A stretch of DNA of 64,000 nucleotides from an uncultured delta proteobacterium (GTDB lineage: Bacteria; Myxococcota_A; Polyangia; Fen-1088): NCBI GenBank assembly GCA_963737265.1, contig CAVTRY010000013.1:1-64000 (forward strand), in the 5' to 3' direction. Below are positions 12,701 to 20,038 of this stretch, piece by piece. Position 1 is the stretch's first letter. Every line of letters begins with the position of its first letter. The position numbers and the translations under genes are program-made. The notes under the pieces are model-generated. The model saw only the letters and a program-made list of their open reading frames with translations. It made no database searches and was not told where the DNA came from.

Positions 12701-13761
12701 GTACGCTGAGTAACATTAGCACGGACTATGACGACTACTTTACTGGCGCGACAAATCAGCCAGGGCCGTACTCCGGGACGTTTTCCATCGCTACGAACGC
12801 GCCGGGAGGGCGGGGGACTTCTCAAACCACAATTTCGGGTGTGGTGGACAACTTCGTGTTCTACGTCGTTTCGCCGTCCGAAATCCTTTCGATGTCCACG
12901 GACGCGACTGACCAAAATCACCCGATACAAAGCGGGGAATTGAAATTGCAAACAGGCCCTTTTACCGCTACCACGATGGACAACTCCGGCTACGTCGTTT
13001 ACCAAACCGGAACTGACGGCGGGGACGGCGGGAACCAAGTGGCGTTAGGCCAAGCGACGGTCACGACCAACGGCGCCGCGACGATCATCCTCGACGAGAA
13101 CGATAACGGCGTAATGAATCCGGACAACTCCGGCAATCCGGGACCAGAGCAGAATCTAACGGGCGCGACCTTTGCCATTACCTCGACTGGACGGACAACT
13201 CTTTCGGGGGCCGGGGGCGGGGCTCCGGTATTTTACCTAATCGACTCGACGCAAGCCTTCTTTGTCAGCACGAACACCGCTGGCAATGGGATGTCGTTTG
13301 GCCACTTGTTGAAGCAGACGGGCACGCCATTCAGCAACACGACTCTTCCCGCGACCGCTTTCTTCCTGGGCGCAGCGACCAACACGGGATCGTCGTACGA
13401 CAGCGGAACGATTACATTCAATACGGTCGCCGATACTTTCACGGGCACCGATGACAGTTCCTCGCCACCCTGCTCGCAAAACTGCAATGGAAACGGGTTG
13501 ACTCCGAACAGTCCGATCACAAACAACGGAGTGGCGATTTCATACTCCTTCGCGGCATTCACAAATTCGCAGGCTACCTTCACGCCTACGGCCACGGGAC
13601 AAGGGATCTTCGGCGGCAACGGCATCCTGGCTTACCAGGTCTCTCCGACGAAGGTGGTCTTCATGCAAATCGGCGCAACCACGACCACTGGTTTCGGAGG
13701 GTTTAAACCAACGAGTGCGTTGGTCCTGAGTCCGGCGGAACTCTATATCGGACAGCAGTAA
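3730..13761 (+). CDS. Giant repetitive surface lipoprotein / adhesin-like protein (3343 aa)
   Basis: Signal peptide with lipobox (LFVAG-C), 15 tandem Ig-like repeats, then further beta-rich domains (FN3-like, two PTxxVxFNPTxI domains, C-terminal GxYxF...GxxDxN units); very Thr/Ser/Gly/Ala/Asn/Val rich; uninterrupted 10-kb frame. Confidence 0.9.
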   Translation: MPSNFRFSRGGVSARLLGITTLIAILFVAGCTTSKSEVNIGPPAKLAFTVQPGSVAAGSTITVTASVEDASGNVVPTATNQVTIAIGTNPSGGTLAGTAMAMAVNGVATFSNLSINNAGTGYTLAVSATGLSGATSNPFNVAGQATKLAFTVQPSAVINGSSITPAVTVSIEDANGIVVPNATNQITIAIGTNPSAGTLSGTAQANAVAGVATFSNLSINKIGTGYTLTAGATNLTGATSSAFNVTVGPPAKLAFTVQPVNTTAGVAISPAVQVTVEDAQGNTVTTATNIINMGIGTGSGSLIGTTAVAAVNGVATFSNLNINVAGTGDTLSASATGLTGATSSAFNVLVGAASKLVFTGEPSNVAAGSSITPAVTVSVEDNVGNVVPTATNQITIAIGTNPSSGALSGTAQANAVAGVATFSNLSINKVGTGYTLTNSASGLTSTTSTAFNVTAGTASKLVFSAQPTNVAAGGSITPSVTVSVEDTLGNLVTTATNQITIAIGTNPSGGVLSGTAVAAASGGVATFSNLSINKTGTGYTLTAAATNLTGATSNPFNVTVGAAAKLAFTAQPTNVTAGSSVTPSVTVSVEDSLGNVVSTATNQITIAIGTNPSSGVLSGTAVANAVAGVATFSNLSINSAGTGYTLTAAGTSLTGATSSAFNVSAGAATKLVFTTQPTNVAAGSSIAPAVTVSFEDSLNNVVTTSNGTVTLVINPSVTLGGTSAVAAVNGVATFSNLSINTAANGYTLVASAGLLTGTSTPFNVTVGAAAKLAFTAQPTNVTAGSSIAPAVTVSVEDSVGNVLTAATNQITMAIANNPSSGTLGGTVTVAAVNGVATFSTLSINSAGTGYTLKASATGLTNATSAAFNVTAGAKSKLAFTVQPSNVIPGSSISPAVAVSEEDSLGNVVTSATDSITVAIGTNPGSPSPGTLAGTLTVAAVNGVATFPNLSINNSGVGYTLTASASGFTTVTSNAFSNVALGVPAKLAFSVQPSNVAAGSSITPSVTVTVEDGAGTPVNSATNSITIAIGTNPSSGTLGGTLTVAAVNGVATFSTLNINNAGTGYTLTASASGLTGATSSTFNVTAGTANKLVFSAQPTSVTAGSSISPSVTVSVEDSLGNLVTTASNTVTVAIGTNPSGGTLGGTLAVAAVNGVATFSTLSINKAGTGYTLTANASTLAGATSTPFNVTVGAANKLAFTAQPTTETAGSAISPVITVSVEDSLGNVVTTATNSISMAIGTNPSSGTLGGTLTVAAVNGVATFSTLNINNAGNGYTLIASAATLTSATSTTFNVTAGVANKLAFTAQPTNVTAGSFITPAVTVSVEDSLGNVVTSATNSITVTIGTNPSTGTLGGTLTVAAVNGVATFSTLNINNAGTGYTLGAGASGFTTITSNSFNVTVGAASKLAFTAQPTSVTAGSSITPSVTVSIEDASGNVMTSATNSITIAIGTNPSSGTLGGTVTVAAVNGVATFSTLNINKAGLGYALTANASTLTGTTSGAFNVNAGTANKLAFTVQPSNVTVGSTISPSVAASVEDSLGNVVTTATNSITVAIGTNPSAGTLGGTLTVAAVNGVATFSTLNINTAGNGYTLTAGAATLTSATSNAFNVTANCTNNCSISGTVTGAWGSGVKITLSGGPSTPAPAVTNPSGAYSFTGLTQGTYTITPSLTGYTYAPSAPSVSIGASTVQNFTASPVISSFSISGTVSGSSDSTHVLYITVYNCGGGTNCNPVAGTTLPSITTNGGAYTIRGLQPSNNYSVRAEIDTLNNGAPNEADPAGTVSGINITSSNATGANITVAAQTVDSAGAPGTPTVFPGGGSAFVTYNPSTSNTTGDEIATSYTLHYGTSSGSLTQTATIPAGNSNQVYILPGLVNGTTYFFAMSATNSKGTGANSATSAGVLINSSSGAGPNTISGTVTFNVTPNGSAPLYVGLYSSTLGVYFDRIAPPFSSGVAYSIPGVPSGNYQMFAVLDQNNNGYIDRGDVTNFTGANGPPPFVVSATSSGNTVALTAANAATFVTTNHSLSGSTNSYDINVGVNLEQKLPVSMTMFSGPNVAVPFDMDGGTNNNDFQPIFNNSVRPTVGDLYQFLVTYSDGTTQVLSNSVSTVLDSFAQNLQMNSPVAGSATVPVLNWQAPAAPPSFYTYKVNVNNFNGSSENWDYPNDSNGLPIGTTSVQFNKNGNANPNAPLIAGETYDWAVTVLDANSNTAQVNGPNYTVPGGSPLSPVVTVSFNPTSISVSGTATLVFNINNPNGSASLSGIAFSDSLTGGLTVVGTTPTNGCGATLTGTGSGSTSINVSNVSLAAGASCQVGINVTSGTTGTVNNQTSTVTSNEAGTGSASNTASLTVGGSGTLPPTIGVAFNPTTITVNFSTTLTFTINNPNGSSSLSGVTFTDNLPSNLFVLSPNNGLSGSCGSGTISAVAGSQLISLTNGTLAGGGGCTFSVNVTATATGTINDTTGNISSNEGGTGGTSNTTALTVNSGSSSAPAVLITTASNAPFFAGGAASTLTVTVSNDAAGDVLTPSLTVDANTGLACTAGTCGTLGAVSGTSGSGNYTVPYTPPSSLAAETAPTINVSSSLSGAFAGTTSVNVYPAGQTVVTVGGVPTVVQVGSAPPTVKMIVYNDIGNAGVNELPLTSVGFGCSGLNGNSCGTLNDHSGVTVVDNGTTTTTTFTYTPPGTLPAEPFNRARIVAASVASPAIFGQKQFLLSSTTAPTPLSIPYGQKFNTVLTNGAAIMVTANLNGDSGNSRTINWTLNANGSPCAPPTCGTLGTPTVIRNGDSISSTVTFTPPTTVPAGSGQSSPTITATSVDIPSASDGFSFQINDGTCGSGSESILKGNYAFLLRGAGAGNGYTAEIGSFVADGNGNITSGLEDINRSSGPLTGLTITGTYTVGSDHRGCVTLTTSQNMTQPFRIALGTLSGSPSTATEGSIVAAVDNTGQGLRAQGVLMQQNTTAFKAASLSGTYVFGREGVDFGGGPFVIAGLLTANGVGTLSNISTDYDDYFTGATNQPGPYSGTFSIATNAPGGRGTSQTTISGVVDNFVFYVVSPSEILSMSTDATDQNHPIQSGELKLQTGPFTATTMDNSGYVVYQTGTDGGDGGNQVALGQATVTTNGAATIILDENDNGVMNPDNSGNPGPEQNLTGATFAITSTGRTTLSGAGGGAPVFYLIDSTQAFFVSTNTAGNGMSFGHLLKQTGTPFSNTTLPATAFFLGAATNTGSSYDSGTITFNTVADTFTGTDDSSSPPCSQNCNGNGLTPNSPITNNGVAISYSFAAFTNSQATFTPTATGQGIFGGNGILAYQVSPTKVVFMQIGATTTTGFGGFKPTSALVLSPAELYIGQQ
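3853..8559 (+). repeat. 15 intragenic tandem repeats of about 315 bp (about 105 aa)
   Basis: The unit KLxFxxQP...VxVEDxxGN...IGTNPS...GVATFSxLxIN...GYTL...FNV was counted 15 times in the translation. Confidence 0.9.
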
Positions 13762-13780
13762 CTCGCAGCGTCCGGTTGCG

Positions 13781-13819
13781 AAAAAGGGCCGGTCCAGTTT
13801 ATTGGGCCGGCCTTTTTTT
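13781..13819. terminator. Intrinsic terminator, probably bidirectional
   Basis: AAAAAGGGCCGGTCCA-gtttat-TGGGCCGGCCTTTTTTT between convergent genes. Confidence 0.85.
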
Positions 13820-13820
13820 A

Positions 13821-13893
13821 GTAGCGCATGCTTCCGCTTGTGTGGTTTGGATCTTTCGAGACCCAAAACCACACAAGCTAAAGCATGCGCCAC
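13821..13893. repeat. REP/REPIN-like inverted pair, family C (GTRGCGCATGCTTTAGCTTGTG)
   Basis: GTAGCGCATGCTTCCGCTTGTG...CACAAGCTAAAGCATGCGCCAC; copies at 30698, 32413, 58783 and 60543. Confidence 0.85.
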
Positions 13894-13901
13894 TCTTTAT
13901 T

Positions 13902-14474
13902 TTATTTCAGTCTGGTCGATACCGCGGGGATATCCTGTGGTTTTTCGTGAGGCACGAGGGATGGAACAGGTTTGCGTTCTCTGTGGACGCTGGAAGCAGT
14001 AAGTCCCATCATCTTCACACTGCAGGTTTCCAGGTTTTTCTCCAGTTGCCGTTCACCGATGCGATATCGCAAGACGGAGGACATCACGCAGGAATACTTG
14101 CGCTGAGGATCTCCGGCGGCTTTATAAATAACCTCGCATAGACTAATCGGAAGCGTGTCACCCGAGCGAACCATCTGGCGTATTTTTTGGACTTCCCGGA
14201 AGGACGGTTCCGCCGTCTGGTCCTGCGCGGTCAGTCCGCTCAGAAAAATTTCAATCTCTTCCGCCCACACGTATTCGCTGGATCTGTTCTCAAGGAGAAG
14301 CGAGAGGGACACCATTCCATCCAGCCGGGAAAAGCCGATGCGCGGGCGAAATCCGGCGCCCTTTTCGGTCCGCTCCGGAAGATTTCTCCGGCGCCAGAAA
14401 TACAGCACGGCGTAACCCAATGCAAGAGCGCACACGATCACGAAGCTGATGCGCATAAGTATGAACCGATCCAC
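13902..14474 (-). CDS. Hypothetical membrane-anchored protein
   Basis: N-terminal TM helix followed by RRR, then a compact soluble domain; GGGGGA upstream of GTG; converges on the terminator. Confidence 0.65.
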   Translation of the reverse strand: MDRFILMRISFVIVCALALGYAVLYFWRRRNLPERTEKGAGFRPRIGFSRLDGMVSLSLLLENRSSEYVWAEEIEIFLSGLTAQDQTAEPSFREVQKIRQMVRSGDTLPISLCEVIYKAAGDPQRKYSCVMSSVLRYRIGERQLEKNLETCSVKMMGLTASSVHRERKPVPSLVPHEKPQDIPAVSTRLK

Positions 14475-14800
14475 GAATTCCCCCCGGGACTCGGTTGCCT
14501 GATGCTAAGACGGAAAAGCTCGTCTTACGGTTGCAATTCCCCAATCCTACCCCGGAGGTTCCCTAAACTTCGCGCAGTGAACCTGTTGGTGTCCATTTGC
14601 CAAACAGCCCTGCAGCAGAGTTTACAATTTCATTATATACATAACTCGTGGGCGCGATTCTGTAAATAGGCACAAACCGAAAAGTAGGCTGCCGGTCAAA
14701 CCTGCGCGCGCGCACCAATTCATTCAACTCCATCAATATCAATAACTTGCATGTCAAATCGGATTTGCCTATGAACATCATCGAAGGAAATGTCGCTCAT

Positions 14801-14830
14801 CTTTATGATTTCCTTACGAATTTTAATGTA
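14801..14830 (+). promoter_or_regulatory. Putative KdpE/OmpR-type direct-repeat box
   Basis: TTTATG, CTTACG and TTAATG at 11- and 10-bp spacing in the AT-rich region upstream of the permease. Confidence 0.45.
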
Positions 14831-15050
14831 TTTACTTATGTCGTGAATCTTACCAAAGGCCATCAGAACTGCCCGGCGGGATTCTTTCCGGAAAGAACTC
14901 GTACGCCTGCGTATTTCGGCCCGCATGCACTCAACCACCGGTTTGCCTCTCATCTACGATCTCAAGGCGTGGGTGATCCGTCCAAAACATAATAAGGAGA
15001 AAGCACACACAGCGCCGGTAGCGTCGCAGTGGGTTCCAGTCTAAACAGAA

Positions 15051-17312
15051 ATGTCAACCAACCAAATTTCACAGGCTTCCGATCCGGTTCAGAGGCCTGC
15101 TCTTCCCAAAGTTGTCATCGCGACGACGGCGATGCTTTCCTTCATTTCCTTCTGGCGGGCCGCCGCCATCGTACTCAATGATCTCGGTTCGTCCGCTTTC
15201 TACGCGGGCGCGATCGCCGAGCAGGCGATCGGTAAAGCCGCTCCCTGGTTCATTCTGGCCATCATGCTGTTCGCCTATGCCGTGCGCTCCATGTATATCG
15301 AGAGCTGCAGCATGTTTGTGCGGGGCGGCGTATATCGCGTGGTCAAAGAGGCCATGGGCAGCACGCTCGCGAAATTTTCCGTGTCCGCGCTGATGTTCGA
15401 CTACATTCTGACGGGGCCGATCAGCGGCGTCTCCGCGGGCCAATATTTGACGGGATTTCTGAACGAGCTGTTCGCGCGCATCCATGTCAATCTGATCCTC
15501 CCACTCAATTCCACCTCTGCCGTCTTTGCGATCGCCGTCACTGTTTATTTTTGGTGGGAGAATATCAAGGGGATTCCGGAGTCCAGCGGGAAGGCGCTGC
15601 GGATCATGTACGTGACCACGGCGATGGTGGTGGTCATGATCGCCTGGTGCATTCTGACCGTGTGGGTGCGGGGCGCGCATCTGCCGCCGCTTCCGACGCG
15701 CGCCAATTTGACCTTTGCCCCGGAGGCCCTCGGCTGGCTAAAACTCAGCAGCCTGCCGCACACGATCGCGTTCATCGGAATCCTGATCGGACTCGGACAT
15801 TCCGTTCTGGCCATGAGCGGCGAGGAAACGCTGGCCCAGGTGTACCGGGAAGTCGAGCATCCCAAACTGCCCAACCTGGAAAAAGCGGGACTCGTTATCT
15901 TCGTCTACAGCCTGATTTTCACGGCGGGCGTTTCCTTTTTCGCTTCGATGATTATTCCGGATGCGATTCGGCCGCAGTTTTTTGGGAACCTGATCAGCGG
16001 GCTGGCGCTGAATTTTGTCGGCCCGTACAACCTGAAGCTTGCGTTTGAGGCGTTTGTGGTGATCGTCGGCGTCCTGATGCTGGCCGGAGCCGTGAACACT
16101 GCAATCGTGGGCTCGAACGGCGTGCTGAACCGGGTCTCCGAGGACGGCATTCTCCCGCACTGGTTTCGCCACCCGCATCCGCGCTTCGGAACTTCCTACC
16201 GCATGCTCAACCTCGTCGTGGGCCTGCAACTTCTCACGATCATCCTGAGCCGGGGGGATATTTTTATTCTCGGCGAAGCGTACGCGTTCGGCGTGATGTG
16301 GAGCTTCTCGATGAAAGGGCTGGCCGTGCTGGTGCTTCGATACAAGCAGCCGGGGAAGCGGGACTTCCGCGTACCGCTGAATTTCACTGTCGGCAAAACG
16401 GAGATTCCTGTCGGCCTCGGTTTGATTACGTTGGTTCTCTTTGCCCTGAGCATCATGAATCTCTTTACCAAGCAAGTGGCGACGATCGCGGGCGTGGCTT
16501 TCACGCTCGTCTTCTTTACCGTGTTTGAAATCTCCGAAAAAATTACTCTCAAGCACGGCGCCAAGCATCAGGAACTGGATATGTTTAACCTGGAGTCCGA
16601 CGGGGAACTGACTCCCGCGGCTCTGGGCGTGCGCCCGGGGAACGAGCTTGTAATGATCCGCAACTCCAACGCGCTTTACAATCTGGGCGCGGTGCTGGAC
16701 CGAATCAATCCTCGCCAGCAGGACGTTGTGGTCATGCACCTTCATGTCCTTGGCCGGGCAGGCGCGGGCGGCAATGAAGTCGCGCAGGAAGATTTGTTCA
16801 GCGTAAATGAACAGGAGTTGTTTACGCGCGCCCTGTCCCTGGCGGAGAAAAAGGGCAAGTCCATCCATCTGGCTGTCGCGCCCGCGACCGAAAAGTGGGA
16901 AGGCATTTTGCGAGCGGCTCAAAGTCTTCAGTCCTCCACGATCGCGCTGGGTTTGTCCTCCTGGAGGAACATCGAGGACGAGGCTCGCATCGCTGGCCTG
17001 GCGTGGGAGGCGCTGCCCGAACCCAGGCCCAATCTAACTCTTGAAATTTACTCGCCGGACGGCCAGGAAAAAGTTTTCTATCTTGGCCCGCACGCCCCGC
17101 GGCTCACCACCAAGGAAATCGATTTGCTCCATGGCATCTGGCTGGAACTCAGCAACGAAGTCGCGCCCGAGGAACTGCATCACCACGACGTCGTGCACAT
17201 CGCCCTCGAGGAGCTTCGCAAGAATATCGTGAACGGCCGCAGGGAAGAAATCGTCTGCGCGCTGCGGCAACACCTCGCCGAAATTCGAAAGCGCCGAAAC
17301 TCCAATTCGTAA
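15051..17312 (+). CDS. APC-superfamily permease, KimA/YdaO-like (probable K+ transporter) with cytoplasmic C-terminal domain
   Basis: About 12 TM segments; DLGSSAFY, DYILT, SGEETLAQ and YAFGV correspond to KimA-type DALSSVAY, DYILT, TGVEAISN and YAVGV motifs. Confidence 0.75.
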   Translation: MSTNQISQASDPVQRPALPKVVIATTAMLSFISFWRAAAIVLNDLGSSAFYAGAIAEQAIGKAAPWFILAIMLFAYAVRSMYIESCSMFVRGGVYRVVKEAMGSTLAKFSVSALMFDYILTGPISGVSAGQYLTGFLNELFARIHVNLILPLNSTSAVFAIAVTVYFWWENIKGIPESSGKALRIMYVTTAMVVVMIAWCILTVWVRGAHLPPLPTRANLTFAPEALGWLKLSSLPHTIAFIGILIGLGHSVLAMSGEETLAQVYREVEHPKLPNLEKAGLVIFVYSLIFTAGVSFFASMIIPDAIRPQFFGNLISGLALNFVGPYNLKLAFEAFVVIVGVLMLAGAVNTAIVGSNGVLNRVSEDGILPHWFRHPHPRFGTSYRMLNLVVGLQLLTIILSRGDIFILGEAYAFGVMWSFSMKGLAVLVLRYKQPGKRDFRVPLNFTVGKTEIPVGLGLITLVLFALSIMNLFTKQVATIAGVAFTLVFFTVFEISEKITLKHGAKHQELDMFNLESDGELTPAALGVRPGNELVMIRNSNALYNLGAVLDRINPRQQDVVVMHLHVLGRAGAGGNEVAQEDLFSVNEQELFTRALSLAEKKGKSIHLAVAPATEKWEGILRAAQSLQSSTIALGLSSWRNIEDEARIAGLAWEALPEPRPNLTLEIYSPDGQEKVFYLGPHAPRLTTKEIDLLHGIWLELSNEVAPEELHHHDVVHIALEELRKNIVNGRREEIVCALRQHLAEIRKRRNSNS

Positions 17313-17327
17313 TTTGGTGTGAGCAAG

Positions 17328-17394
17328 CCCGGGAACGCCAATCTCCTGATTAGCGTTCCTTCCTCCCGCCAATCCGGAGATTGGCGATCCCAGG
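17328..17394. repeat. Palindromic intergenic element (GGGAACGCCAATCTCCTGATTAGCG type)
   Basis: Two imperfect inverted arms, each with a CGCCAATC...GATTRGCG internal hairpin; single copy in the window. Confidence 0.65.
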
Positions 17395-17429
17395 AAAAAC
17401 CAGCCCGTCCCGGCGCCCCGAAAAAGGGC

Positions 17430-17482
17430 TTGACAAATACTTTCCGCTCCTGTAATGTCTGTACAGACAGAAATGACTGATG
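17430..17482 (+). promoter_or_regulatory. Promoter and palindromic operator of the GbsR-family regulator
   Basis: TTGACA-N17-TAATGT overlapping the perfect palindrome TGTCTGTACAGACA (17456-17469). Confidence 0.7.
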
Positions 17483-18012
17483 GTTCCAAATCGCTCTCTC
17501 CCGCCGCCCAGAAGTTCATCCTCCACTGGGGCGAAATGGGCACCCGCTGGGGCATCAACCGCACCGTCGCCCAGGTCCACGCACTCCTGTTCCTTTCCGA
17601 CCGGCCCCTCGCGGCGGAAGAGATCGCCCAGACTCTTTCCGTGGCGCGCTCCAATGTGAGCACCAGCCTGCGCGAGCTGCAGGGCTGGCGCATCGTGCGC
17701 GGCGTTTCCGTGTTCGGCGACCGGCGGCAGCATTTTGAGTCCATGAAAGACCTCTGGGAAATGTTTCGCGTGATCCTGGAAGAGCGCAAGAGGCGCGAAT
17801 TTGACCCCACGATCGCTGTGGTGCGGGAGTGCGTGGCGGAAGCCAAGAAATCGGGCTCGACGGACGCCTACGCGCGCGAGCACATGGAAGAACTCCTGGA
17901 ATTCGTCGTGCTCCTCAGCGCCCTGTTCGAAGAATTCCGCAGCCTGTCGCCAAGCGCACTGAAGGGAATCGTGAAGCTGCGCGGCGGGCTTCGCAAGCTG
18001 CTGCGCGGCTAG
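17473..18012 (+). CDS. GbsR/MarR-family transcriptional regulator
   Basis: FILHWGEMGTRWGINRTVAQVHALL and VARSNVSTSLRELQGW are typical of this family; alternative start at 17455. Confidence 0.9.
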   Translation: MTDGSKSLSPAAQKFILHWGEMGTRWGINRTVAQVHALLFLSDRPLAAEEIAQTLSVARSNVSTSLRELQGWRIVRGVSVFGDRRQHFESMKDLWEMFRVILEERKRREFDPTIAVVRECVAEAKKSGSTDAYAREHMEELLEFVVLLSALFEEFRSLSPSALKGIVKLRGGLRKLLRG

Positions 18013-18017
18013 ATGGG

Positions 18018-18040
18018 AAAGGCGGGCGACCGCCTTTTTT
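18018..18040 (+). terminator. Intrinsic terminator-like hairpin
   Basis: AAAGGCGG-GCGA-CCGCCTTTTTT (GNRA loop plus U tract). Confidence 0.7.
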
Positions 18041-18048
18041 GGTGGCAC

Positions 18049-18506
18049 ATGATTTCTCTAAGTTCAGAAATGACTGATGCAAAAGGAAGGCGTGCCTCCT
18101 CGCGGCTGGGTTTTCTTCGACCGCGATTGCCGTATCTGCACTTCGCTGGTCTGCCGTTTTCGCCGCCCCCTGGAGAAGCGCGGTTTCGGCCTCGCTGCTT
18201 TGCAGGATCCGCGCGTGCAGGCCCTCCTCGCCTTGCCGCCCGGGGAACTGCTCCGGGAAATGCGCGTCGCCACGATCGAAGGGAAAGTTTACGGCGGCGC
18301 CGAAGCCATCGTTTATCTCGCAGGGCAAATCTGGTGGGCGTGGCCGCTCCATGCCGCGGCGAATTTGCCCGGCGTCCCACGCGATTCTCGATGCCTGCTA
18401 CCGCTGGTTTGCGGATCACCGAAAATGCTCATCTGGATTTTGTTCCACATCCGCGAAGAAGATACGCAATGAAGTTCTTGATCATTTGAAAGGAGATCGC
18501 CAATGA
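18049..18506 (+). CDS. DCC1-like (DUF393) thiol-disulfide oxidoreductase, two apparent frameshifts
   Basis: FFDRDCRIC (DxxCxxC) motif. The MISLSSEMTD N-terminus and the ILDACYRWFADHR C-terminus lie in other frames; the reconstructed stop overlaps the next ATG (ATGA). Confidence 0.75.
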
Positions 18507-18865
18507 CCGCAGAAATGGTATTTCTCGCAGGACTAGCCGCGACGATGGGAGTTGTTCTTGTCGCTCTTCTTTACTTAAGAAATCCTCTCCAAATTCTCTT
18601 GACGGATCTGTGCGGCACGCCAGACCGCGCGCGATTTTGGACCGCTTTTTCCAACATTACTCTGTTTCTGGTGCCGCTTGCCCTGGCCCTAGATCACCAG
18701 CCTGACGCCAATGTGAAACAAGCAGCAATTTTCATAATCAGCGGCCAGATGGAATCCGCAACCATCGGTCTCGTCGTTTCCGTTGTGGTGATGGGATTCA
18801 TCCTCAGCACGTATATATCCCGAATCAATTCGATGCGGGTTACGAAAGGAAACAACGCGCTGTAA
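18503..18865 (+). CDS. Hypothetical 3-TM membrane protein
   Basis: AAGGAG RBS, three hydrophobic helices, DLCGTxxRARFW motif. Confidence 0.8.
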   Translation: MTAEMVFLAGLAATMGVVLVALLYLRNPLQILLTDLCGTPDRARFWTAFSNITLFLVPLALALDHQPDANVKQAAIFIISGQMESATIGLVVSVVVMGFILSTYISRINSMRVTKGNNAL

Positions 18866-18894
18866 TTCGTTTCTAGAAGGGAGGTCGCCCGGCC

Positions 18895-19813
18895 ATGAGC
18901 AATGCACAGGAGTTCGACGTTGTCACAGGAGCCTTCGGCTATACCGGAAAATACATCACGCGGAGGCTTCTGGATGCCGGACGGCGAGTACAACATCACC
19001 GACCATCCCAGGCGAGCGAACGGCTTCGGCAATCAAGTTGAAATCGCGCAAATGGATTTTAGCGATCGCGCGAGTCTGGTCCGATTGCTGCGAGGCGCTT
19101 CAGTTCGTCTACAATACGTATTGGGTGCGATTCAGTCACGGGCGCGCCACGTTCGAGGAAGCCGTCGCCAATTCGCGCGCGCTGATTCAGGCCGCGAGGG
19201 AAGCGGGGGTCCGCAGAATCGTTCATCTCAGTATCGCCAATCCTTCGGTTGATTCGCAACTTCCGTACTATTCGGGAAAAGCCCGGGTCGAAAAAGCCAT
19301 CCTGGATTCAGGCCTGTCCTACGCCATCCTCCGGCCCACGGTTATTTTCGGCGTCGAAGACATTCTGATCAATAACATAGCGTGGTTCGCGCGCCGTTTT
19401 CCGTGTTCGCAATTCCCGGCTCCGGCCGATACCAGCTCCAGCCCATTTTTGTCGAAGACCTCGCAGAGCTGGCAATCCAGCAGCGCCCGCGAAGAAAACA
19501 ATTTAGTTCTAGACGCCGTCGGTCAGGAGATTTTTACATTCGAAGATCTTGTTCAGCAAATCGCGGTGGCAGTTAATGCAAAGCCCAAATTTATCCATGT
19601 GAGCCCGTGGGTCGCCCTCCAAATGCTCCGCCTTGTGGGGCCCGTCATAGGCGATGTGGTTCTCACGCGTGAAGAAATCGAAGGTTTGATGGCGAATCTG
19701 CTGGCCTCAAAACAACCGGCAACCGGGCAGACGCGATTCAGTGCGTGGCTCGCTAAAAACAGCGCCGTTCTTGGGAGGCGTATCGATCGGAACTTCAGAG
19801 ACATTACTTTTGA
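18895..19813 (+). CDS. NAD(P)-binding atypical SDR (NDUFA9/NmrA-like), several apparent frameshifts
   Basis: GGAGG RBS, then MSNAQEFDVVTGAFGYTG; YNTYWVRF, YYSGK, LRPTVIFG and LQPIFVEDLA fall in different frames; ends SELQRHYF-stop. Confidence 0.75.
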
Positions 19814-20038
19814 TCCCACGCAAACCGTTAGCTCCGCGACGGGGTTGCGAATCTCTTCAACCGAAAATTCTTCATCCGCAAGCCAATGGCTGCAGGCTCT
19901 TGGCACTCATGATGACAAACGTTTGTTTCAACCAAAAAAATAAAACAATCCACAATTTTTCCACAGGCGGGATGGAATATGATGCCGCCTCTAAATTTGC
20001 GGCGGAACGCAACGAGCACGTCTCCAGGGGGAGCCCAG

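Noticed and set aside
14475-15050. c-di-AMP (ydaO) riboswitch or small ORFs upstream of the permease
   Set aside because: No riboswitch consensus blocks recognised by eye; the ORFs lack an RBS and coding-like composition. A cmscan search would settle it.
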